Notes: generated from the letters alone by a model not told the origin. 64,000 nucleotides of DNA from the human T2T-CHM13v2.0 reference genome, Homo sapiens (GCF_009914755.1 NC_060929.1); one strand, 5' to 3'. Numbered from the stretch's first letter, positions 44,391-64,000 are shown. Program-made: numbers and translations.

Positions 44391-46893
44391 GGCTTTTCTT
44401 TTGTACTGGCTTCTATGCAATGGATTTGCAGATGTGATTGCAAAGCAGGATTCTCCCCACATGAAGCTTTCTCCCAACTTGGGCCTCCTCTTGTGGTATA
44501 ATGGCTAGGATACAAAAATGCATGTGTGCATATAAAATGAGATAATAACAATCTTGTTAATGCAAGAAAGATGGAAGCACTAACTGCCTGAAGCAAACAG
44601 GGAAGGCTCTAAAAAAGTAGGAATTTCTCAGCTGGAGCAGTGGGAGGCTGCAGTTCTAAGCAGAGAAATCGCCACATGCAAAAGATAGTGACAAATGAAA
44701 GTAAATTAGGTACTCTTGGATGGAGCGGTTTGCCAGAGGTGGAACAATGGGCCTGAGGGGGTGAGGAAAAAGAGGTAGGAGTATCAGAAGTTACCAAGAG
44801 ATACATCTGGAAAGGTGAGTAGAAACGGACTGGAAAGTGGGAATAAAGAAATAATGTAAACTTAATTCTTGGAATTGGTGCCCAAGCTTAGAATCTGTGC
44901 TTTAATTTGACCTGTGGGTTCTGTAAAAACTAATTATATTTAATAGAAGCCCCTTCACTTTTGATGTTGCCTTTAAGTTCCAGCTTCAGAGAGAAATATT
45001 ATGTTTTATCTAAGCCTTTTAACTAAAAGATGAGTTTGTCAGTCTCAAAGAATTACATGCTTATTTTATTGGAAGATTTTTATGCTTTATTTTACATGAC
45101 ATCAGGAAATATCTGTGGAAATACTCACTTCCAGTTGATCAGAAATGAGAGAAACAAAATAAATAAAATTCAGTTGAAAGAAATACTTATGAAAATGTGC
45201 ATTTTGGAGTGCTCTTTGTAATCCTGTTAAGTGAATGTCATGTCAGGCAAGCTTCTGCAGCCTTCATTCATCTGGCAGATATCTGAATGGCAGCCAGCAG
45301 GCTGCAGCCACATTACCCGTGTCTCACTGTCTTTCCTTCCAGATGTTGTCTCTTACCCCTGGTTTTACAGAAACAAGGAGTGTCAGGAAAAAATTGAAAA
45401 AGAAAAAAAATTCAAACAACTTGCTTGTCTTCACAAAATTAACTCTGCTGCCTTGCTACTGTCAGGCAAATCTCTTGATCCTCTTTATACCTCTACAGTC
45501 TTCAGCTCTTTCCTTTTTCTTACACCAAATCATCATATAACCGAGTCTCAGGTACATGAGGATTATTTAAACTTTCATTTATTGGGCTCTCAGAATTCAC
45601 AGTGTCATAGAAACTAGAATCAATAAGTACTATGCAAATGTGTAAGATGTAATTCTTTTCTATAATAATAAACATCTGGCTGGTGAGAGGTGAGAAGAGC
45701 CTTGTTGTAAGTGAAATTGAGACTGGACTACTCATGAGAAGAGCATAAAAGGGATTAATAAATCCTAAAATTCCAATGAGAAAGCACAGACCTCATTTGG
45801 CTTATGTAGAGAGGTCCCAAATCCCATGCTGGAGGTGTATATAATGATAGGTTATTAAATTGCTGGGCTAGCTCCATCCTCCCTTTCTATAGGGACTGAG
45901 GCCATCAATTACTATGCAGAAAATGTGCATCCATTGTGACATGAGATGATCAGCAGGGAGGCAATGCAGCAGGCACTTTCTCTTTAGTGAAATATATTCA
46001 GAGAAAACATGTTCCTGGAGCTCTGTTCAGCAAGCAGATTAAGAATTTAATACAATTTTCTAAGTGAGAAGTCCTCAGATGCTGTCTCATTGCCCTTCTG
46101 TCTTTCTGGTTTAAATTAAACAGGATGTGTATCTTGTTAGTGAAGGAAAACTGAAAATGGTCTGCAAGATGAATTGGAGAATACAAAAATCCAGCAAAAG
46201 CAATAGCAATACAATTGTTCGAGCACATGCCTGCGGACAGTTCACGGCTTAGCTGACACTCAAATTGTCTTTTGAAAGTTGATAAACTTCAGATCACATG
46301 TCAAGAAGATAATTTGCAGTATTAAAAAAATAGATAGCCCTTCCTGACTCTTAAAAGTGTGGTTTAGTGCTTTCCAAATTTTTTCACATTGTGAATTGTA
46401 CCTCTTTTCTTGCCGCCTCCACTTTCTGGCATGGCAGGCAGATTTCAGATCTCTCCTCACTGGAAATGCCAGATCATAGCGCTATGGCAACCAGCACTGT
46501 CGCGAGATCCTTCCAAGGATGCCACCCCCACAAATTCTTCTAACCCATGACTATTTCTCATAATTTCCTGCTCCTCCAAAGGGCAGGGCAGATGGCCAGG
46601 CCCCAGAGCACACAATGCTGACAGTTGTTCCAGCTCTAAGGCTGTCAGAAGGGCCCACTCTAGATGTCCACAGACATTTTGGATTCAGATCCTATCACTC
46701 TTAAATATGGAAGTTTGCAAACTTGTGCTTTTTTTTTTTAGTCAGTCATCTCTATATTTTCCATAAGTGATATTAATAAATTTCCAAAATAATGTATTAC
46801 AACCATTGATATTTAAATATAAATTCTATTTCCTCACTTCAAATCCTTAGGATACAACGTTCTTCAGGTTAATTGATTTCAATCTCTGTCTTC

Positions 46894-46898
<5 letters not shown>

Positions 46899-46929
<31 letters not shown>

Positions 46930-46950
46930 TATATATATATATATATATAT
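46899..46950. repeat. (CA)n(TA)n microsatellite
   Basis: Seen directly. Confidence 0.95.
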
Positions 46951-47077
46951 TAAAATGCTCTCAGGAAAGCAAAAGAGGAAATTTTCCATCAAACACATGT
47001 AAGGCTTCAAGGAAACCTTGAAGTTGGAATTTTGATGTTATCTCTGCATTGTTTCCATTTAGGAACTTCAGTGATTT

Positions 47078-47383
<306 letters not shown>

Positions 47384-47479
47384 CAGTGATTTTATTTTTA
47401 TGGATAAAAATGTAATTGATTTGTTGGCTTGTTTTAATTTGGAATCTTTCTTAGGAGATTTAGTAGGTACAACATTTGC

Positions 47480-50370
<2,891 letters not shown>

Positions 50371-50859
50371 ACAATGAGATCACATGGACTCAGGAAGGGG
50401 AATATCACACTCTGGGGACTGTGGTCGGGTGTGGGGAGGGGGGAGGGATAGCATTGGGAGATATACCTAATGCTAGATGACCAGTTAGTGGGTGCAGCGC
50501 ACCAGCATGGCACATGTATACATATGTAACTAACCTGCACTATGTGCACATGTACCCTAAAACTTAAAGTATAATAAAAAAAAAAAAACCAACACAGTAT
50601 GTTAATATTGCAGTATAAACATTGCATGCATGAATAAGTAGGTCTAAATTCAAGAAGTGCAATGATCCCCATGCTCCAAATTCATTAAAATATGACTTCT
50701 GTAGGCAGGAAAATGCAACCTTCTTATATAATTTTTACATCTGTTACAGGTATCCAGAGTATGCAATATTATCTGCAAATTTATAGAGGGAAAGTCTGTG
50801 GAAATTTACAGTTCATATTTAAGTATTCATTGAACATTCTAAAAGTAATTATATTTTGT

Positions 50860-51143
50860 TTCTTAATAGCTTTATTGAGTTCTAATTGTAATATAATAAA
50901 ACACATGTTTAAAATCTACAATTTGATAAATTTTGATGTACATATACACCTGTGATATTGACATTACACTCAAGATATTGAACCTATTTATCACTCCAGA
51001 AAGTTTCCTCATGTCTCTTTTGTAATCCCTACCTTTGATTCCCTACCCATGTCTCCCTTCAGGTAACCACTGATTTACTTTCTGTTATTAGAGATTAGTT
51101 TGAATATTTCACAATTTTAAATAATAAAAAATATACTATTTTG
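50860..51143 (-). mobile_element. L1MC/ME-type 3' end carried inside the transduced segment
   Basis: 'aatagctttattgag..tacaatttgataaattttga..tcactccagaaagtttcctcatg..caggtaaccactgatttactttctgt', cut off at the second poly(A). Confidence 0.7.
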
Positions 51144-51590
51144 AAAAAAAAATAAAAGAGTATCCTAAATAGGCTGTACCTTTTGTTCATCTGGGAATTG
51201 GGAACCTTCCAGAGAGAAGACAGTATGGACTTTTCTTTTACTCTTTATTTTTATGTGTTCCAGATTCTCTAGGGTTTTAGCATTGGGAAGAGGAGTTTGA
51301 TAAAATGGGTGCAGAAGTTTCTTCCTAAGCTGATGTTCTTATAATTTTCCCCACTCTGTAACCTTTGGTGAGACTGACATTAGATCTCTGGTTCTCTTGT
51401 GGACCCACTTGTGTTCTTCAGATCCCCTATATCAGGCAACTGATGATCCACATGTACCACCTGTGCAGTCTTCTAGCTTGGGTGACATGCTCTCTTGGTG
51501 GTACATTTCGTGAAGGTCCTACAGTATCCCACTGCTGGCAAGCTTCACTTAGAAGACTTCCTTCTTGAGTCTGGCATGGCAGTTCAAATT

Positions 51591-51886
51591 AGTCTGGCAT
51601 GGAGGTTCATGCCTGTAATCCCAGTGCTTTGGGAGGCTGAGGTGGAAGAATCACTTGAGGCTGGGAACTTGTGACCATCCTGGGCAACATAGTGAGACCC
51701 TGTCTATAAAAAAGTTATTTATTTATTTATTTATTAGCTGGGCATGGTGGCATGCACCTGAAGTCTCAGCTACTCAGGGGGCTAAGGCAGGGAATTGCTT
51801 GAGCCCAGGAGTTCCAGGCTACGGTGAACTATACTTACACCACTGCACTTCAGCCTGGGTGACAGAGTGAAACTGTCTCAAAAAAG
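51591..51886 (+). mobile_element. AluJ SINE
   Basis: J diagnostics cacttgagg..gggcaacatagtgagaccc and ttgcttgagcccaggagtt; heavily diverged. Confidence 0.9.
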
Positions 51887-52040
51887 ACTCAAATTTGTTG
51901 TTTTCTGTGGTATCCACTTTATCTTCAGGAAATGTGTGCATCTTTGCCACACCAGGAGAACTTGTCCCTACTGCCCTTTCTTCCCGTCCTAAAAATTTGG
52001 AGTGATCCAGACATTCTCCTGTAGCCAGAATTATTCATGA

Positions 52041-52322
<282 letters not shown>

Positions 52323-52591
52323 AAATAAATGTATTCTTGCCTCTTGGTTCTAATATATCCCCAGACTCTGGAGGAAACATGACTCTTTCTCCTATGCTAG
52401 TTGGATTGAGCCTAGTGATTGTCACAGTTGAGGAAGTGTCCACCAGGGGACTGAGACACCTATTTATTCATATGGGTGCCTCTAAAATCCATAGTGTTTT
52501 TTCTTGGTGTCACTCCTTTCATTTGTGGGTAAAAGAGTTAAAAAGCAACCAGTGCACGGAAACTTGAGAGAACAAGACATGGCACTTCTTT

Positions 52592-52744
52592 AAAAAAAAA
52601 TGTTAATTTTTGTTTTAGAGATGGAGCTTTGCTTGGTCACCCAAGCCAGAGTTCAGTGGTGTGATCTGTGCAGCCTCAAGAAATCCTCCTGCCTCAGCCT
52701 CCCAAGTAGCCGGGACTACAGGTGTGCATCACCATACCTGGCTA
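52592..52744 (-). mobile_element. Alu right-arm monomer (FRAM/AluJ-like) with an internal deletion
   Basis: Single monomer; TSD acatg(g/a)cacttcttt at 52577-52591 and 52745-52759. Confidence 0.8.
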
Positions 52745-54344
52745 ACATGACACTTCTTTTAAATAATCCCCTGGATGAAAGTGAAAGTGGAGAACAAGTC
52801 TGGCCACTTCATAGCAATCTGTTGAAGAGATGGGGTTAGTATCTGGTGGTTTCTTGTGGTCTCCCTTTAGAACGTAGAAACATCTTTTATTGCTTTCAGT
52901 TTTGAAACTTTGGCTGAAATGTGAGAAACAAGGAAAATGCCCCATTCTGAATTCTGTGACAAATGCTTTTTGTATTTTCTTAGTGTATTTTTTTCTTCCT
53001 TAATGGTTTATAATGTTCACTTTGACAATTCTAGCCCCTCTTGCTGGGATAATGGGAACTAATGAAAAGCTAGATTTATAAAGTAGAGCCACATCCCATT
53101 GAGAGCCAACAGTGATAGAGGCAATAGTAATCAAAGTAGAAACTCTGAAAGGATAAGGCCACTCAGGGGTATTAGATGGAGATACGCCTGCATCCACTTT
53201 TCCCTATTTAGTGTTGTACCAAGAGCTTTTCTGTTGAAGAGTTGGACTGTTTTATCAAAAGGGGTCCTGACTTGGAAAACACTCCCTTATAATGCCAATC
53301 AAGTCATTTCCATGCTATATATCTTCCTTTTTGTTATGATATATATTCTAATCATCACAGTTGTATAGAATCAAAGTACTGAAACCTTATTTATTATATT
53401 ATTTCCTAAGTTAATGACTTCTAATAATGACTTGTTACATTCTGGTTTAATCAAGCAATAAGACAACAGTTCAACCACCTGCTGGTCCTTTGTTGGTGAT
53501 AAAGGGATGACCAGCAACCATGTTGTCTTCACCAATTGATAATTCCACTTTGGACAGTTTTGTTTGTGAAGCATTGTGATGCTGTTATATTTATTGAGCC
53601 ACTGATGAGAATCTCTCTCACTATCTGGTTTCTGAGTGTTTGCGTAGTAGAACAACATATATATGGTGTTGTGATAGGGGCAGCAGCAGGAGACAATGAG
53701 GAAGACAAAGAGAAGGGCTGAGAGAGTAAATCTCATTAAGGTTAATAATTCAAGTATAATTGTACCTAAATGACCTTTGGAAATGATTTGACATCTTATA
53801 TGTTAACTTCAAAAGTAAAAGACTTGGGATTGAGGTTGTGGTGAGTACTCACTGAAGCCACCATTCTCTACTCTGAGTCACGCCAGCCTTTCTCGTCCTT
53901 TGTGAAATTTTTTATGAATTGTGAGGTCTTCTTTTGAAGCCTTCAACATTGCAATGGATTCTAAGTTATCACATTTAAGATGCGAAAGTAGAGATGAGGC
54001 ATAGTGTACATTGCAGTGCCAGATGTGCACAGAAATCAGTTTGTTTATACAAATAGTTAAGCATGGAAACACTAGATGAGTTGCATGCATTTGTTTGTCC
54101 TTGGCTTTACTGAGGCTCTGGCTCCAACTTTAATCTTTTTTTCCTGTAGATGATACTCATCTTACTTACAGTATTTACCGAAATGTAAGGTATTTTTCAG
54201 AATAAGTCCCTTAAATCATAAGTGATGTGTACCAGATGTGGTTTAATTCTAAAGTAAATTAGGTGTGGCTTCTTGGTTAGAAAATAAATCTTTTTATCTC
54301 TCTTCTTCCTCTCATTTCTTCCTTATCCTGTGTGGCAACCAGGT

Positions 54345-54510
54345 ATACTTGAAGGACTAGGAATTTTGAAGACAAATAGACCTGGATTCCAGTTCTGACC
54401 ATGCCATTTAATTTTTGGTCATCTTAATATGTTACTTGACATCTTTGAATCCCTGTGTTTTTATCTGTAAAATGGAAAACATACTAATAGCTACCACTTA
54501 GTTATTGTGG
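54345..54510 (+). mobile_element. MIR SINE
   Basis: 'agacctggattccagttctgac..gttacttgacatctttgaatccctgtgtttttatctgtaaaatgg'. Confidence 0.7.
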
Positions 54511-54519
54511 GCTATGAAC

Positions 54520-54710
54520 ACATCTATTATCTAAATCTCACAGAAATCTCCTACATGGTCAGTGCTATTATCTTCATGTTATGGAGGAGGAAACAGGGAC
54601 TAATAGAAACTAAGGAAATTTCAAAGTCACACTGCTTGTAAATGGAAGAGCTATGGTTTGAACTCATGTCTGTCTCTTGTCAAAGCCCTTGACTCCATTA
54701 TACTTCATAA
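54520..54710 (-). mobile_element. MIR SINE
   Basis: 'gaggaaacaggg..caaagtcacactgcttgtaaatggaagagct..tttgaactcatgtctgtct'. Confidence 0.7.
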
Positions 54711-54782
54711 CCCAAATGCCTCTTATAAGGAGAAGAATAACTTCTATTAATGTATCTTTGATGGAGTACTTTAAAATAAGAT

Positions 54783-55192
54783 TGTATTAGACCATTCTCA
54801 CATTTCTATAAAGAAATTCCTGAGACTGGGTAATGTATAAAGAAAGGAGATTTAATTGGCTCATTATTCTGCAGGCTTTAGAGTAAGCATGATCCTGGCA
54901 TCTGCTCAGCTTCTAGGGAGGACTCAAGGAGCTTTTACTCATGGCAGAAGGCAAAGCAGGAGTAGGTACTTCACATGGTGAAAGAAGTATCAGGGTTGGG
55001 GTGGGGGAAATGCCACACACTTTTCAATGACCAGATCTCATGAGAACTCACTCACTATCATGAAGACAGCACCAAACCTTGAGGGACCCGTGCTTATGAT
55101 TCAAACACCTCTTACCAGGCCCCACCTTCAGCACTGGGGATTACAATTCAACATGAGATTTGGGTAGGGACATAAATATCTAAACTATATCA
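54783..55192 (-). mobile_element. MSTA/MSTB solo LTR (ERVL-MaLR)
   Basis: tgtattag...ctatatca ends; perfect 5-bp TSD aagat (54778-54782, 55193-55197); 'ctcatggcagaaggcaaag' and 'ggggattacaattcaacatgagatttggg'. Confidence 0.9.
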
Positions 55193-55197
55193 AAGAT

Positions 55198-55620
55198 ATT
55201 TTAGTTAGAGCCCCATTAGTGAAAAGTGAAGCCCAATTCAAAGTGGCTAAAACAAATAGGGAGAATGATGGCTGAGAAATGGGGTAGTTGCATGCCTGGA
55301 TAAGTGCGTTACTTTGGTCAGGGTAAGGAACTTGTATGACATTAACTACTCACCATTAGTCTCTTATCTTTGCTGGTCTGTAGGCAAAGGCATTTTTGGG
55401 ATTCTTCATGTGGTAAGAAACATGGATGTTAGTATCAGTGGGAATATGTCTTTGCAACCCTTCATCAAGAAGAATGTCTTCAATAAAACTTTGAAACCTA
55501 GGGAAGAACTCTAATTGGCCTGCTTCAGATCACATGCTCAGGTTTTGTCCCAATCACTAGGACCGAGTGCCGTGGCCCAAGGTTTAGTAAGGTTTTGCCA
55601 AGGCTGGGTTATTTGTTTAT
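55198..55620 (-). mobile_element. Old MaLR LTR relic (MLT1K/L-like)
   Basis: 'cccaattcaaagtggctaaaacaaa', 'gggaagaactctaattggcctgctt..gatcacatgctc..ccaatcact'. Confidence 0.5.
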
Positions 55621-57124
55621 AGTTAGAGAAATGGATTCTACTTTCAGGAGGAGAAAGAGGAAGCAGCATTGTATAACTAGGCAGTAGCAACTGTAGAATA
55701 TTTAAATAAATCACAGTGATATTCTACACAGTTACAGATGATTTAGGTAAACTTTTCAATTTTTCTTTCTAAAATCTAAGGATTTTGCCGTCTTTTTCTT
55801 TTTAAATCATTGACTGTGTTTTTAATGTAAATAGATCACAGGAGGAAATCTCTTTTATTTTATAGTCATAATCTTAGGGCATTTTATTCACTTTATATTA
55901 AACAATTCATCTGTTAATTTGTATAACTGGAAATGTCCCTGCGAAATGTCTTTTCTATTTTGGCCACAGTGGAAAGAGCACTTACACACATGGTGCAGTC
56001 ATTCTAAATGTTCAAAACAGAAGGGTGTTATGGGGGCTAGTGATGTTTTCTTCCTGTTATAATGTCATATATTTAATGGGCAGAGAGTGGAAGATGCTGG
56101 CAAGCTACTCAAACAGTCTCATTGTGTTATACCTGGGAGAGTTTATCAAAACTATATAATTTATTGAAGTAGATATATTTACAACAGTACAAAATACATC
56201 AAACAGCAAATGAGTCTGGTATGCCTGACTAGTAAGGTGAACAAAAATCAATATTTAAAATGAGAAAATGAAAACATTCTATCTTCATATTAACAGTCTT
56301 AAGGAAGAAACAGCTGTTACATTAGTTATCACCTTGTAGAACCAATACAGGATTGTAATTTAATTTCTTGGACCCATAGTTGCTTGGCTGCAGCATTACC
56401 ACATGATTTAAACCCTGCAAAGTTTGGCTTTACCACTAACTGCAGGTGCAAATTTTTACACTAAGCCTCTATTCTTTTTCGAATTGAGATTCTTCCCAAC
56501 TAAAGATTATTTTCAGGCAGTTGATTTTAAAACACAGACCTTCTTAGCAAACTCTGCTTCTTGTTTTCTGGACTTCCAAGTGTAGAGCTTTGAAATGTAC
56601 TAAGTGTCTTAGACCATAATATTAGCATATGTCAAGAGTCTCCATTTTTATTATCATTCTATATTATTCTTTATTATGTGTGTTTGCTCTTCCAAGCAAT
56701 AATAGTCTAGTGCAATGACACTAAGATGACTTTTAGTTTTGCACAGGCAACAACAAGATCTTAGAAAATATTGCAAAGTGGACAAAGTATATGGTACACA
56801 CACACACACGTACACCAATTACTTTATGGTGGTGTTTTTTTGGTCAGTAAAATGCTGTCCAAAAATGCTTTCCAGTTTATTCATGACACCCACCTTTATT
56901 TTAGATCAAGTTCTTAGATTACTGTCTGCACCCAAGAATCATGCAGTCTAATGGAAAAACCTCCAGCATTCTTGCCTACGAGGATCCTCACCACTACACA
57001 GTATCAACTGTGGATATCCTCCTGTAACATTTTCTACTCTCTAAAATCTCTTACCCTCTATCTCTAACTCTTTATTAACAGCAAGACTCTCCTACATGAA
57101 GCTAAGAGTCACTCCACATAAGTT

Positions 57125-57305
57125 AAGGATTCATTCAGTCACTTAAATATATGTATTGGGGGTACATTTGTGGGAAAAGACAGATGAGGTTGCTGAAACC
57201 TTAGAACCTGATTTTTAGTGGAAAAAGGCAGGAACGAGATGACAAATAAGCAAACAAACAAATAAATAATTCTAAGAGCTGTAGGTTCTATGAAAAACAA
57301 TGGAT
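57125..57305 (-). mobile_element. L2 3' fragment
   Basis: 'attcattcagtcacttaaatatatgtattg..aaagacagatgagg..tagtgg..acaaataagcaaac'. Confidence 0.5.
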
Positions 57306-58289
57306 ATGTTTAATATCCCCGGAGAGCATTTGCATTTTAAAGCAGTTGCTTGCTAAATTAATTGATTCTGGAGTACTTGGAGTTTATGTGGGGATTGCTG
57401 CCTAACATCCCCTTTCACCAAATCCTCTGCTTGCCACTACATTTTGTTTATAGCACTCAGAAATGTCTTTGTAATCTAGCTTGTAAAAGGAAATATGTGG
57501 TTTATTTTACTAAAAGGCAAGATAGAAACAGAACCACAAGTAAAAAGGGAGCAAGCAGCTGTGGGTGTCTAACGTGTTTTATAGCAACCTTTTCTCCCAT
57601 GTACCTTTTAAATGTAGCCAGAAGAAACAGAGAAGGAAGAGAGGAGAAGGACTCACTGTGGGAGAGAGGGGTTCTTGCCTGCACCAGCAAAAGTCTCATG
57701 TGGGAGTGAAAATGTCTTTAGCCATCTGGGGCCTCCTTGGATACTGGGGTAACAGGTTGATTCTTTGCACAATAATGTTGAAGTCATTTGTGCAGAGCTT
57801 CCTTGGCAGCTTTTTCTAATTTTGCCTACTGAACTAGATAGAGCTAAAATAATCAGTGCATATCTGGGCAGCAGCCACATCTTACAAGGGTCATCCATGC
57901 TTTCCTGTACTCTAAGTCACTATATTGAAATATGAATTTTATGTAGTATCACAAATAATTTTATTTTGTGTAAAATCCCATTTCTGAACATGTGTTTTAA
58001 CTTCAGATTATAAGTAGCTGATGATCTCACTGCCATCACTTCATTGGTTTATAGAGAGGAATTAGGCATATTTTTCTATTTGTATACCCCTACACAAACA
58101 CATATTGCTCCCTACTTTATAATTAAGGCTCATAAACAATATTTCCAAAGCACTCTTTTACCAGAGGGAATATTATTTTGAAGCATCTTTGGTAGTTGAG
58201 AAAGGTTACTGGTGAGTGGACATCTCCCCTAGGAAACTTCCCAACTGAAAAAATTAGTTCCAGGGTAGAGATGGTGTGGGAGGTTCAAC

Positions 58290-58540
58290 TAAGTTGTATC
58301 TGACTCAAGTAGGGGAGTTCAAGGAAAGATTCATGAAGGGAGTGTGTCTGAGCTGGAAACTGGCCTGACAAAGCAGGCTTTCCAGATGTCAGGAACATCC
58401 AGGGCAGAGGTACAGAAAGAACAAAGGATATGATGAGCAATGGCAAGAAGTTTGGTATTACTTCAGCATCAAGTGGATCGAAGAAAATGATGGAAGATGA
58501 TATAGAAGAGTTAAGCAGGAGTTCAATCATGCAATATCTT
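58290..58540 (-). mobile_element. L2 relic, left part (continues at 61450)
   Basis: 'aaggaaagattcatgaaggg..tctgagctgg..catccagggcagagg..caaagg'. Confidence 0.55.
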
Positions 58541-61449
<2,909 letters not shown>

Positions 61450-63450
61450 CATGCAGTATCTTCTGTGTCCTTATATGTTATGCTAGGAGACTTTTACTGT
61501 TGGTATGTAAACAACTGGAGGGCTTTAATCAGGGAAGTTGCATGGTAAGTTCTGCTTTTCAGAAAGATTGCTCACCTTTATAGGTATGTGGAGATTTGAG
61601 GCAAATCTGATTGGAATCAGAAAACTATTTAGATAGTCATTGCAATTATCTGTGCAGAGATGATATGTGCTTGAAATGGGGCAGTGGTAGTTGAAATGGA
61701 GATGAGGGATGCAGATGAAGAACATGTGGAAAGTAATTTCAGAAGGATTTGTCTCTTGGATGCAATTAATATACATTAGGAGAGAATGTGGAAAGGGTAG
61801 GAAATATCAAGGATAACCTACAGATTGAGCCAAAGAGAATTCAGGTGGAGGTAAACAATTTTGGGAAAGAGGTAGGTTCAGTTTTAGGCATAACAAGTTA
61901 GAGGATATCTAACTAGAAATGTTTAACGAAAAGTTGCATATGTGAGTCTGATGCTTGGAAGAGATCTGTGTTGAAAAGACAGGCTTGGAATGCAACAGTA
62001 TACAGTGGTACTAAAACAATGAGAGTAGAGAAGTTGCTATTGTCCAGAAAGAGAATGGAGGAAAACCCCAGGGGAGAGATATATAGATACAGAGACTGAG
62101 ATAAAGGTAGATAGAGACAGAGATAGAGATAAAGATGACAGAGAGATAAAGAGAGAGAAAACACCAGGAAACAGTATCAAAGAGATAACACTTAGGAGAG
62201 ATCCAGGAAAGATGGTGTGATCAACAGTGTTAATTGCATCTACCATACCCTAGAAAGTAAGTATTTATTTGATTCTGTGTGGTCCTTGATGACTTCGGCA
62301 AGAGAAATTTGAGTAGAATGTTGGCGGTAGATGCTGGATTGCTGTGTGTTGAGTGGTCTTTAAGGAAGTGGAGTTAGAAAACAGAATTTACCACTCTGTG
62401 AAGTTTGGGTGCTTAGAAAGAAGAAAGGCTGGCAGTGTCCAATCTAGCTCCATGTGGATTGGAAGAGGCTTGGACATGTTTTTAGGCTAGAAGAAGTGAC
62501 AATGAGGAGAATAATTTAGAGATAAAGGATTTCAAGACAAAAATTAATGACAAGCAAGAGGAGATCAATTGAAGCACAGATGGAGTGTTGACTTTGCATA
62601 ATATGAGGATGTTTCTCTTTAAGGCTACAAAATTGATAAGTTGGTAGTTGTGACTATGGACATCATAGGAATTAATAGTGACATAACAGAGATTTTACCA
62701 GATTACCTTAATAGGATGCAAGATTATATTTTGTCAGTGTACAGAGCAAGGGTTGATTATGGGGTTTAATGGGGATGGAAGGGATTTGAGATAATGACTG
62801 AAGATATTAGAAGAGAGCTGATTTTACTGTGGTTGGAGAATGAGTTTGTACTGACACAAATATGTACTGTTGCATGATTTTCTCAAGTACTTAACCTCTT
62901 GGTGTGAGAACAGAGAGGGATGTTTGAAGCATTGGTTCAGGGTTAGGGTTTTACCAGGTAGGAAAATGGAGGAAAAAAGAATTATGAATTAAATGAGACT
63001 AGTAATAGTGTGGTATGGCTCAGGAAATTTATCTCTAGTGTCCATGCAGGGTAAAGAAAGATAAAAAGCAAATGGTTTATAAATGGAGGATTCAATGTCT
63101 TGAATTCCTTTCTGAAGTTAAACACCAGATGCGGTGGAAGAAAAGACTTGAGAGGGCTAAAGAATAGGACACTGACCAGAGTTTGGAGTAGTTGATAAAA
63201 CGTTGAATTGACCAGGGTTATGAATTAATCCTCTGTGTAGCTCTGGGAATGGGTAACAGAAACAGATTTGAAAAGGACAAGAATTTTGTGGAGGAATGGA
63301 TATAGGAGTATAGAAAGTAGAGCGTTGAGAAGCTAGGACTATAAAAACGGAAAGAAACTCCACAGATAATGGTGTCAAGAGTCAAAAGTAGGATCAATAG
63401 TTGTGAAAGCATAAGGATATATACAGCACAGTGAAGAGGGAGGTAGGGAG
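61450..63450 (-). mobile_element. L2 relic, right part
   Basis: 'aactggagggctttaatcaggga', 'ggcagtggtagttgaaatggagatgag', 'gttcagttttaggcat', 'ggtccttgatgacttcggcaagagaaattt'; right boundary uncertain. Confidence 0.6.
62074..62160. repeat. GA-rich (AGAT/AGAC) low-complexity repeat
   Basis: Seen directly. Confidence 0.75.
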
Positions 63451-64000
63451 TTGGAGGGTAGCCTTATGTTGACAACTGGTAGTAGAAATGAGAGTCATGC
63501 TTATTTATTACTAACCTTGAATATCAAAAGTCTGGCAAAAATAATTCTGAGACCAGAAAACTTGAAGATCCAAAGAAATATTGTGCTATTCTCTAAGAGT
63601 TAGTGAGGGCTCTGTTCTTGGCTGTAGGTAATGAAGGTTCATTCCTGCTTGGCTTTTCTGCATTACATGGGTTGGCTTTTTGCATCCAGGCTCAGGCTTC
63701 CTGACTCTCAGGATTCACAGAAAGCTATATATGAATCCTAGCCTTAAAATCTCTAAAACTGAATCAATCTTTTATTGAGTGTAGTTTTGGGAAGAAGGAA
63801 ACAACTATCTTCCCTATCCTGTTACTTTTTCTCTATTCTGTTTAGTCTTAGGCAGAGACTTTTTGACTCTTTGAATTAGTTTTCTTCTTTAATGGAAATT
63901 CTTCTTTCTATTGGTATTCATTTACATTCAAGAAGATAAATTACAGTGGAAATATATAACTTTAAAAAGCATTTCACAAAGATTGCTAATGGGTATTAGA

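Noticed and set aside
46222-46242. REST/RE1-like site (cctgcggacag)
   Set aside because: Only the right half matches; the TTCAGCAC half is absent.
53574-53637. C/D-box snoRNA-like layout (GTGATGC..CTGA TGAGA..CTGA) with a partial 18S-complementary stretch atttattgagcc
   Set aside because: Imperfect C box, short length, no convincing terminal stem, and atttattgagc is a very common L2/MIR-like word.

Overview
AT-rich primate genomic DNA (hominoid-like, probably intronic or intergenic). I recognise no host protein-coding exon, RNA gene or CpG island. Most ORFs in the track are L1, Tigger1, Alu or microsatellite by-products. The window is a layered record of transposition. (1) A near full-length ancient L1MA (5.6-18.4 kb) carries a full-length Tigger1, two Alus and a 5'-inverted L1PA8-like copy. 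(2) There are several L1PA15/16-type copies, MaLR/ERVL solo LTRs, hAT MITEs and L2/MIR relics. (3) Two very young, near-identical L1PA2-like insertions lie in opposite orientation. The + strand copy (48.5-51.2 kb) has an open 605-codon ORF2 C-terminus and a ~555-bp 3' transduction closed by a second poly(A) and an 11-bp TSD. The - strand copy (58.7-60.2 kb) has a 21-nt micro-transduction. Both share non-consensus substitutions that suggest a lineage-specific active L1 subfamily. Three L1s show twin-priming inversions, and two of them break at almost the same L1 position. Family calls come from recalled consensus sequences, not from a search; subfamily labels and the boundaries of old repeats are approximate.
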